Source of the DNA: a candidate division WOR-3 bacterium
GTDB taxonomy: Bacteria > Hydrothermota > Hydrothermia > B15-G9 > WFZT01
DNA: 18,625 nucleotides
Direction of reading: 5' to 3'
Assembly (NCBI GenBank): GCA_027053075.1
Contig: JALUEE010000014.1
Location: 1-18,625 of the forward strand
The notes beneath the pieces were generated by a model that searched no databases, had not been told where the DNA came from, and was given only the letters and a program-made list of their open reading frames with translations. The position numbers and the translations under genes are program-made. This document shows, one piece after another, positions 1-7,293 of the stretch. Position 1 is the first letter of the stretch; the number at the start of each line of letters is the position of its first letter.

Positions 1-126
1 AAGGGCTATGATTGCCGAAAAGATCAGCCCTATCAGAACCTCCTGCGACTTAAAAGTGGAGGTCAAAAACAACCACAGGATAAAGAGTACTAAAGTTGTA
101 AATATAAAACGACTCAGTTTACCCAT
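1..126 (-). CDS. mrpE: Na+/H+ antiporter subunit E-like protein (MrpE/MnhE; MbhA/MbxA-type), 5' part only, truncated by window edge
   Basis: Not in ORF track. ATG at 126-124 preceded by AGGAG. Translates MGKLSRFIFTTLVLFILWLFLTSTFKSQEVLIGLIFSAIIAL, matching the MrpE N-terminal pattern (LFxxWLxLT...QExxxG). Confidence 0.75.
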   Translation of the reverse strand, partial: MGKLSRFIFTTLVLFILWLFLTSTFKSQEVLIGLIFSAIIAL

Positions 127-160
127 ATTTCACTCCTTTTAGAGAGAGCATTGGTCGAAA

Positions 161-190
161 ATTATATTGAGCCGACTCTGAAAATGTCAA
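161..190 (-). promoter_or_regulatory. sigma70-type promoter for the mrpE-like gene
   Basis: Minus strand TTGACA (190-185), 18-bp spacer, TATAAT (166-161), 35 nt upstream of the ATG. Confidence 0.75.
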
Positions 191-284
191 AAAAGTCAAG
201 AACTTATGGGAATTTATGTCATAAATTTGATAAAATAAGAAGAAACTAACATGGAAAAACATTGAATCTTAGATTTTAATGAAA

Positions 285-1031
285 TTATTTAATGGGGATT
301 CTCAACGATGTTACAGGCTTAACTATTACTCCCGTTATTTCCGCAAGTTTTTCTACAGTTTCAATAAATTCTTTCAATCCCTGAGGTGATTGCGCATTAA
401 CAACAATACTCACATCACTCACCCCGGTAGTAAAGTTGATGTCCATAACCTTAAAATTACTACTCAAATTAGTATTTGGGAGTAGTGCAAGGAGCTTAAA
501 GAAACCTTTAACTCCGTACTCTTGATTCCATGGTAATGTATTTTTGACATATTTTTCAAACCTGAATAATTCTTTCATTTTGCCCAATGTTGCTTTGTAT
601 CTATGAATGTAAAATTTGTTATCTACATTTATCTCAGGTTTTTCTCGGTTTTTTAACTCCTCCGTCCCAATTTTCATAATTATGATATCATCTTCGCTAA
701 TCCTAATCCTTTCTTTGGGTACTTGAATTGATATATCAATCTTGCCTGTTGATCCCATAAGATTCAAAAACACTTTTTTCCCGCAAACGTCAAACACAAC
801 CTTTCCATTCAAATTTCTTTTGTGAGATTCAATGTAAAATAGTTGTGGATCCGGGTTGCACTTAACCACAGTGTCTTTTGATACTGATAATTCAACTTTT
901 CGATAACCATCAGAAACAGGTGTATCATAAAAATAACAATTCATAAATAAGTCTCTGTACTTATTTAAATCAACATAGAACTCATCCTTTCCAACTACGT
1001 ATAATCTCGTCAGAAAATCTATATTAGACAT
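285..1031 (-). CDS. hypothetical protein (248 aa) with possible C-terminal Lrp/AsnC ligand-binding (RAM)-like domain
   Basis: Long ORF whose start overlaps the stop of the 811-aa gene by 8 nt. C-terminal VMDINFTTGVSDVSIVVNAQSPQGLKEFIETVEKLAEITGVIVKPVTSL resembles the AsnC pattern vtG-D-v-a-s-l-fi-i-GV-T. Confidence 0.8.
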   Translation of the reverse strand: MSNIDFLTRLYVVGKDEFYVDLNKYRDLFMNCYFYDTPVSDGYRKVELSVSKDTVVKCNPDPQLFYIESHKRNLNGKVVFDVCGKKVFLNLMGSTGKIDISIQVPKERIRISEDDIIIMKIGTEELKNREKPEINVDNKFYIHRYKATLGKMKELFRFEKYVKNTLPWNQEYGVKGFFKLLALLPNTNLSSNFKVMDINFTTGVSDVSIVVNAQSPQGLKEFIETVEKLAEITGVIVKPVTSLRIPIK

Positions 1032-3459
1032 TACTTCCCCTATTATGATGTTCGAAATATTCGAAAGGAATCAATATATATGTGTCGGATCTATTTACAT
1101 ATTCAAATAATTTAATGAACTTATTGAATTTTTTTAGGCTTTCCCAATTTGTTATCAAGAGAAATGATATATTGGGCCATGAAGAACTTCTAAGGCATAA
1201 GTGTTTCTTTATCTTCATCACGCTATCAGACCCATTCCCCATCCCAAGCAGAATTCTTTTTATCTCTTCAAGCACTCTTTGACCTTCAGATGATGGAAAA
1301 TGCGAATCATACCTCATTCTTATCCATAATAATATATCATCCGATGATATCGCATTCAAAAACTCCTCCAGTTTCGTTATCTTTGTGGAATTTACTATTT
1401 CTTTTACATCTACAATGATATTCTCTGAATATAAAGTCCAATATTTGTCGGTCAAAAATTTGGTCCCTTCCTCACCTCTTTTACGCTTTATATTTTCGTC
1501 GATCTTTCTACATTTTGATTTTTCTATAACCTTACTTCTGAATAATAGTTCATCAATTGCTTCATGATGTCCTATAAAAAATAGTGAGTAATGGCCAAGG
1601 GACCAAAATATTTTGAAATCTCCCGTACCTTGTTTCTTTATAAATTTGCTATCTAATGGGAATCTTGATAAGTAATGTTGAGCATCTATTGCTAAGATAC
1701 TCAGTAATTCAAAATTTCTGAAAAATTTCCTATCCTTATTGATATGATCGGATTCGGCGTATCTGTTCAAATCAACATTTTCATCAAAAGTATGTATAAC
1801 ACGAGATATTTTTGAATTAATATTAATGTGCTGTTGAAAATACTCCTCAAGCTCATTACAATCAATCCTATTTTTTTTGTTATTATAATTTTCCTTCTTT
1901 TTGCTACAATTCTCTAAATAATTTACTCTTTGGTACATTCTATCAAAAAAGATACCAAATGCTACTAGCGGAAAGAGAGCCTTTGCGAATCTCCTATCTA
2001 TTTTATTTTCAATTAATTCTTCTTTATTTTTAATTAATTCTTCAACAACTTCCAATGCAATGTTTGTGTGGATAATTTCCAGATTCTTAAGTTCATCAAT
2101 CAACCTGATGATAGTACTCTCATTATTCCTTTTACTTTGAATAATGTCAAATGCAAAAAGATTAAAAGAATTTTCTAAATCTTTTATTGGATGCTTATCA
2201 ATTTTAAATGTTTCTCCGAACAATTCTGCCACTTTATAACTTACAAGTTTTGCCGAAGTTTGAATTCCATCGTAAACAAATTCAGCTGATACACTCGGTC
2301 TAGAAAAAGTTGTTTTGATTATCTGATATAATATCTCGCTTTCATAATAAATGTCTTCTTTAAACTTTTTTAAATTTTTACAATCCTCTCCCTTACAGTT
2401 ATCCGGCATATCTTTAAACACATCAATTAGAACTCTAAATCTCAATATCTCTTTAAATCTGGAAAAGTCCAGCTCATTATAAGAAAGCTTAGACGGAGCC
2501 CTTGGGTCATTCCCCATTGGAGAAAAATCCTGATGGGCTAAACCAGATGAAATCTTAGGATTTAACAGAATTGATAAAACGAAGTATACATAATAGTAAA
2601 TTCCTCCATATAGAAACCCCACGATATCAGCAAGGATTTCGTTAGTAATACTTTTACTGAAGTAATACGTAAACCCTCCCACAGCTCCAAGGTGAAGCTC
2701 TATGATTTCTAAAAGTTGACTGTACAAAGAATCTAACAGTCTATATAATTTCCTTAATTTCGGCAGCCTTTCGGGTATCTGAGAGTTGATAATAAGTATC
2801 TCTGCTAACTCGTGATACAGGGAAACAGACTGCTGGAACCAAAACAAGTTCCACACTGGTAAAGAAATTTCCGAGAATATTTTCTCGGAATCCTGTTCTC
2901 CTAATTTAATACTGGGATTGGCCTTTGCAGATATTATCTGTTCCCATGTTAGTAGAAGGTCGAATCTCCCGTATGGTAGGACCTCCATTACATTTTCGAC
3001 TATTTCTCTCCACAGTGCACTTGTCTTAATTGCGCTCATTCTCGCGAACCGTCTTGGAATTAGTGGAAACAATGCAAGGGAGTCTATTCTACGATCTAAA
3101 AATCTATGCACTGTCTGTATATCTTTAAATGTGGTATAAATTAAAAAATTTGATTCAGCAATTTGATCTAAATAACGGGCCTTTTGGGAGTAAAAATCAT
3201 CCCCAAGATTTTTTTCAATATCATTACTCATGTTTTCTATGCTCCCACGTAATTGTTCCCACTCGGAAAGCCTTTTCTCGACTAACCTTATAACATCAAA
3301 TGAGGAAGCTCTTTTGGGGATAGCCCCTGGAAACGCATAAAGATAGTTAAAAAGGGATTCCAGATAAGATAACCTGAGTATCACTTCATTAGTTGTTCTT
3401 TTTAAGAACCACGTTGAAGTGTATGGTATATATAACATCCCCTCTTTTGAATTTTGCAT
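1024..3459 (-). CDS. hypothetical protein (811 aa); N-terminal zincin-like region with degenerate HExxH, C-terminal ferredoxin/RAM-like segments
   Basis: 2.4-kb ORF with AAGGAG RBS. Contains ISLPVW...LYHELAE (H216) and NEILADIVGFLYGG (E274), FWSLGHYSLFFI, and terminal ESLKKFNKFIKLFEYVNRSDTYILIP. The CDS is solid; the domain call is by eye. Confidence 0.85.
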   Translation of the reverse strand: MQNSKEGMLYIPYTSTWFLKRTTNEVILRLSYLESLFNYLYAFPGAIPKRASSFDVIRLVEKRLSEWEQLRGSIENMSNDIEKNLGDDFYSQKARYLDQIAESNFLIYTTFKDIQTVHRFLDRRIDSLALFPLIPRRFARMSAIKTSALWREIVENVMEVLPYGRFDLLLTWEQIISAKANPSIKLGEQDSEKIFSEISLPVWNLFWFQQSVSLYHELAEILIINSQIPERLPKLRKLYRLLDSLYSQLLEIIELHLGAVGGFTYYFSKSITNEILADIVGFLYGGIYYYVYFVLSILLNPKISSGLAHQDFSPMGNDPRAPSKLSYNELDFSRFKEILRFRVLIDVFKDMPDNCKGEDCKNLKKFKEDIYYESEILYQIIKTTFSRPSVSAEFVYDGIQTSAKLVSYKVAELFGETFKIDKHPIKDLENSFNLFAFDIIQSKRNNESTIIRLIDELKNLEIIHTNIALEVVEELIKNKEELIENKIDRRFAKALFPLVAFGIFFDRMYQRVNYLENCSKKKENYNNKKNRIDCNELEEYFQQHININSKISRVIHTFDENVDLNRYAESDHINKDRKFFRNFELLSILAIDAQHYLSRFPLDSKFIKKQGTGDFKIFWSLGHYSLFFIGHHEAIDELLFRSKVIEKSKCRKIDENIKRKRGEEGTKFLTDKYWTLYSENIIVDVKEIVNSTKITKLEEFLNAISSDDILLWIRMRYDSHFPSSEGQRVLEEIKRILLGMGNGSDSVMKIKKHLCLRSSSWPNISFLLITNWESLKKFNKFIKLFEYVNRSDTYILIPFEYFEHHNRGSNV

Positions 3460-3486
3460 AAATCAAACTCCTTTAATAATTAACCA

Positions 3487-4272
3487 TCAAAAGTAATAAA
3501 AAAGGTGTTGAATGTTGTCCACAAAAAACAATTTCAAAAGATGCCAATATTCCTGTATCGATCTAAGTAAAATCTTTAAATGTTTAAAAGAAACTACCAT
3601 TAACAAAATAGATATTATCATAAAATATATTTGCTTAATAAAATATACACGAGGCCCCATTTCTGATAATAACTGGGACAAATACTTTTCGTTAAGTATG
3701 TCCTTATATAACAACTTATGGAATGAGTTATTACTCAATTCTTCAATATTCATAGATTTAGGAAGTTCTAAGACCTTTATGATATCTTTTGGCTTTCTAA
3801 ATCGTACAAAATACCATGAATCAAATAAATGTGAGATATGTTTTATTATAAGAAAGATACCGTCATGTAAAAACATGCGGTTCATTAAGTCATAAGATTT
3901 CATAACTACAATTATAACCCGATTTTTGTTCTCCTTAACCCTTGGATCTTCAATAGAAAATATTATCCAGGGAGATCTAACAATAGGAGGGACCTTGACA
4001 CGATAGTGAAGAACCAGGTTTAAAACAGATCTGGACTGCACACATGTAAAATACATTCTTGGCAAACCTACTACCTCTACGGGGTTTGAGGAAACATGAA
4101 TTCCACGCACGATCACTGCGGTCAGAAATATTGACCGCACTTTGCGAAGAATCAAATCTTTCGGTATATAATCTTCTACACTACGCTCAATTTCTTTTGG
4201 CAAAAAATAAACAGTTATACCTGTCTCATCTAATGAATTTAAATTCTGTGGAGGATATTTAAGGTACTCCAT
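3487..4272 (-). CDS. hypothetical protein (~261 aa) with a C-terminal hydrophobic helix
   Basis: Long ORF in AT-rich DNA filling the gap between two co-oriented genes. ATG at 4272 (alternative TTG at 4278), 10 nt after the upstream stop. Hydrophobic segment IYFMIISILLMVVSF. Confidence 0.7.
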   Translation of the reverse strand: MEYLKYPPQNLNSLDETGITVYFLPKEIERSVEDYIPKDLILRKVRSIFLTAVIVRGIHVSSNPVEVVGLPRMYFTCVQSRSVLNLVLHYRVKVPPIVRSPWIIFSIEDPRVKENKNRVIIVVMKSYDLMNRMFLHDGIFLIIKHISHLFDSWYFVRFRKPKDIIKVLELPKSMNIEELSNNSFHKLLYKDILNEKYLSQLLSEMGPRVYFIKQIYFMIISILLMVVSFKHLKILLRSIQEYWHLLKLFFVDNIQHLFYYF

Positions 4273-4282
4273 TGGCAACTTT

Positions 4283-4768
4283 TCATTCTATATCAAATCC
4301 TGAAACGCCAATACTGGCCTGTTGCCCCGGTGATAACAAAAGCGACAATCCAAAAGTCTCTCTCAAATTAATTGATTTGAGAACTGAAGTATTGTGTGCA
4401 ATCCTTCTCGATAAACCATCAATTTTAACTTGCATATTTCTCTTTACATCCTGTAGCTCATTAGATAAATCGTCTATCCTGTACTGCATTTTTTGCATGT
4501 CACTCTTTATAAACCGCACCTCTTCCGACAGTGCTTCTATTCTACTTAGCAAATCTGTCTTCATTTCCTGCATTTTATCTGATAAATCCTTCATCCTGCC
4601 TTGCAAATCTGTCTTCATTTCCTGCATTTCATCAGACAAAGTATACATCCTGCCTTGCATTTTTTGCATGTTCTGTGAGAGGTTGTTTATTGCATTCAGG
4701 ATAGAGCTAAATTTCTGATCCAGAAGCTCCTCTTGAGATCTCCTCTCACTGTCCTTGCTTTTAGACAT
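4283..4768 (-). CDS. coiled-coil protein with 18-residue repeats (161 aa)
   Basis: AAGGAGG RBS before ATG 4768. Repeats QGRMYTLSDEMQEMKTDL / QGRMKDLSDKMQEMKTDL / LSRIEALSEEVRFIKSDM / QYRIDDLSNELQDVKRNM. Confidence 0.85.
   Translation of the reverse strand: MSKSKDSERRSQEELLDQKFSSILNAINNLSQNMQKMQGRMYTLSDEMQEMKTDLQGRMKDLSDKMQEMKTDLLSRIEALSEEVRFIKSDMQKMQYRIDDLSNELQDVKRNMQVKIDGLSRRIAHNTSVLKSINLRETFGLSLLLSPGQQASIGVSGFDIE
4549..4659. repeat. intragenic 54-bp tandem duplication (2 copies)
   Basis: GCAAATCTGTCTTCATTTCCTGCATTT is identical at 4549-4575 and 4603-4629. CATCCTGCCTTGCA also recurs at a 54-bp offset. Confidence 0.9.
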
Positions 4769-5593
4769 TTATTACCTCCTTTTTAGCTAATCATGTTCAT
4801 ATGTATCCACAAATCCAAGCATACATACTTAGAAAAATCACCCTTCAAGACTATCCATTGAGTGATTGGGCCAAGTTACCAAATTATATTCATCCGAACA
4901 ACCTGTTGTGCATAAATCAGTGCCCTGTTTTAACAAAGAACAGGTTATCCTTTTGTCCCCCACATTTCTCGCTATATATACGTACACTGACTCATCTAAC
5001 ATGTCTATTTTAATTAAGATATTCGTAAATTATTTCTAATATATTGAGATTGTTTTGCCACTTCGCTTATTCCTTTTGCTAATTTCTTACATGTTTCACT
5101 ATCCAATCTTCTTTTATACACGTAGCTACTCTAATATCATTATTCATCATCCCATCATTTAATTTCATAGTTTACAGAATACTCGAATTGCCCAAGAAGA
5201 CGGCCCTTCTCTGCTTATTTTCCTGTATGAATACTCCCTAATATGCCTTTTTAGATTCACCCCGCTATAATTCCTCATAATATCTTGAACATACGTTTGA
5301 ATATTGTATAGTGTTATTTACTCTAAATGTCAAGATTTCGATCTTCCCCCAAATCCTCAGCTAAGGAAAATTTTGGTCTCGATCAGGCCATCCTGATGCT
5401 TATCTCCACACCCTCTCTACCATCTTCACTGGATTACACCTTTTCCTTCACTATTTTTATCCACTCATCTCCCTCATCTCTCCTTTCCCTTCGTACACCT
5501 ATCCCATCTTCTTTGTAGTAGAACCAATCGATATGTGTCACACGTCGTCTCGGGTGTTAGAATAATTTTGTGTAAGGAGTACAATATAATACT

Positions 5594-5618
5594 CCCCCAG
5601 GTCCGTAGGACCTGGGGG
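5594..5618. repeat. perfect 11-bp GC-rich inverted repeat (hairpin)
   Basis: CCCCCAGGTCC-GTA-GGACCTGGGGG, followed by CAAAAA. Could act as a minus-strand terminator or be IS-end structure. Confidence 0.7.
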
Positions 5619-5718
5619 CAAAAATTACATCATAAGGAGGTTTGTCCCGTCCTGATATATGTTTACAGTACAACAGTCACCATGGATGATTATAAAACTT
5701 TTAAAGGAGGTCACTTTT

Positions 5719-6120
5719 ATGCCTAATAACAACAAAAATTACACCGAAGCCCTAAAACTTAAGGTTATTAGAGAATTCGAGGCCGGCGCCTCTATTGGTC
5801 ATTTACGCAGAAAATACGGAATCGGTGGTAATTCCACTATTCAAAAATGGATAAATAAATACAGTCACAAGGCTCCAAAAACATCAAAAATTAAAACAGA
5901 CAACCAGGAACAAGTGGAAAGGTTAAAAGAGAGAATAGCTCAACTTGAGAAGGCTGTATTGAATCTAACAGTAGAGAAGCTGGTTCTTGAGAGCACATTA
6001 GAGGTGTATGAGGAAGAGTATGGAGCGAGATTAGGTCAAAAAAAGAACGCAGATCATCGAGAAGGCGAAGCAGAAAGGAAAGGGAGAGAAAATAAAGATG
6101 GGAGCTATATGCAGAGTTAA
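5719..6120 (+). CDS. IS3-family transposase OrfA (HTH plus leucine-zipper-like coiled coil)
   Basis: AAGGAGG (5704-5710) before ATG 5719. YTEALKLKVIREFEAGASIGHLRRKYGIGGNSTIQKWINKY is an IS3-type HTH. Confidence 0.9.
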   Translation: MPNNNKNYTEALKLKVIREFEAGASIGHLRRKYGIGGNSTIQKWINKYSHKAPKTSKIKTDNQEQVERLKERIAQLEKAVLNLTVEKLVLESTLEVYEEEYGARLGQKKNADHREGEAERKGRENKDGSYMQS

Positions 6121-6949
6121 AGGTATAAGTCGGCAGGCGCATTATCAGAAGAGGCGCAGAGAGGAGGGCAAGAGGGCAGAGGAAGAGAAGATATTAACGA
6201 TGGTAAGGATGATACGAAGGCGGCATCCATATGTGGGGGTGAGGAAATTACTTGTGAAGATGAAACCGATGATGGATCAGGAGGGTATAAAAATAGGTAG
6301 GGACAGGTTATTTGAGCTGATGAGGGCGAATGATTTACTTGTGAAGAGAAGGAGGCGTAAGAACAGGACGACGTGGCCAGGGATGAAGCGGATGTCGAAC
6401 CTATTGGTGGGAGAGGTGATAGACAGGCCGAACAAGGTGTGGGTAGCGGATATAACCTACATAGAGATGGGTGGTGGTGGATTCAGATATCTGTTTATAG
6501 TGATGGACTTATACAGCAGGAAGGTAGTGGGGTGGAGTTTGGGCAAGACACTGGAATGGGGTAACGCGTTGGCAGCATTGGAGATGGCAGTGGAGAATGC
6601 AGGGGGTGAGGTGAAGGGGCTAATACATCACAGCGATCATGGCAGTCAATACACTAGCAGGGGGTATTTGGAGTATTTGAGTAGAAATGGTATGAGGGCA
6701 AGCATGGGTGAAGTTGGGGATGCATACGACAATGCGTACGCGGAGAGGGTGGTGGGGACGTTAAAGAGGGAATACGGATTGGGGGAAGTATTCAAGAGTG
6801 GGATAGAGGTAGCGGTGGGAGAAGCGATAGAGTTGTACAATGAGGAGAGGCCGCATCAATCGTTGGGGTATGCGACGCCGAGCGAGGTGTATAGAGGGGA
6901 AGTAGAGATAGAGGGATTTAAGGTGAAGATAGGGGGTAGAACATGCTGA
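6098..6949 (+). CDS. IS3-family transposase OrfB (integrase-like DDE domain); frame is open from 6035
   Basis: Motifs PNKVWVADITYI, HHSDHGSQY, DNAYAERVVGTLKREY, YNEERPHQSLGYATP. Confidence 0.95.
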   Translation: MGAICRVKGISRQAHYQKRRREEGKRAEEEKILTMVRMIRRRHPYVGVRKLLVKMKPMMDQEGIKIGRDRLFELMRANDLLVKRRRRKNRTTWPGMKRMSNLLVGEVIDRPNKVWVADITYIEMGGGGFRYLFIVMDLYSRKVVGWSLGKTLEWGNALAALEMAVENAGGEVKGLIHHSDHGSQYTSRGYLEYLSRNGMRASMGEVGDAYDNAYAERVVGTLKREYGLGEVFKSGIEVAVGEAIELYNEERPHQSLGYATPSEVYRGEVEIEGFKVKIGGRTC

Positions 6950-7086
6950 GGGGAGTCCCCCTTTTAAGTGTCAACATATTTCAGGACTTGACAGTGAAAT
7001 TTCCTAAAAATTTAATGGCACATAATTCCTCAAACACATTTCCACTAAACTGATCTTGTTCGAAAATTCCTCCCCCTCCTCTCCTC

Positions 7087-7113
7087 CCCCCCACGCACTT
7101 TGTGCGTGGGGGG
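7087..7113. repeat. 12-bp GC-rich palindrome adjacent to the IS110 insertion site
   Basis: CCCCCCACGCAC-TTT-GTGCGTGGGGGG. Confidence 0.75.
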
Positions 7114-7293
7114 AGATAACAATAATGTTTGTCAAGATTGACAACAACAGTATCATAAAATTTGATATCGTTATTATTGTAAAACTTTGATGCCACTGCC
7201 TTCTATGGTCTTTGTGATTTTTGACAATATTATGCCCCTCTCTAACCTGCTATCAAGCTGGACAAAATCTGAATTTTTTTCTTTCCTTCCCGC

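Larger units (their letters stand above)
5643..6993 (+). mobile_element. IS3-family insertion sequence (1351 bp)
   Basis: 5'-TG...CA-3' ends. IRL TGTCCCGTCCTGATATATGTTTACA (5643-5667) vs reverse complement of IRR TGTCAAGTCCTGAAATATGTTGACA (6969-6993), 21/25 identical. Encloses orfA (HTH) and orfB (DDE). No clean target-site duplication. Confidence 0.93.

Noticed and set aside
4549..4659. Direct repeats as a possible CRISPR array
   Set aside because: Only two copies, in-frame 54-bp period inside a CDS, similar rather than unique intervening sequence, and no cas genes.
1082..4718. Plus-strand ORFs of 60-148 aa opposite the AT-rich operon
   Set aside because: Antisense shadows of longer minus-strand genes with no recognisable motifs.
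5659..5718. Longer orfA start given in the ORF track
   Set aside because: Begins inside IRL; the strong RBS points to ATG 5719.
6988..7016. Hybrid outward promoter TTGACA-17-TTTAAT from the IS3 right end
   Set aside because: The -10 lacks the critical -11 A and there is no downstream plus-strand gene.
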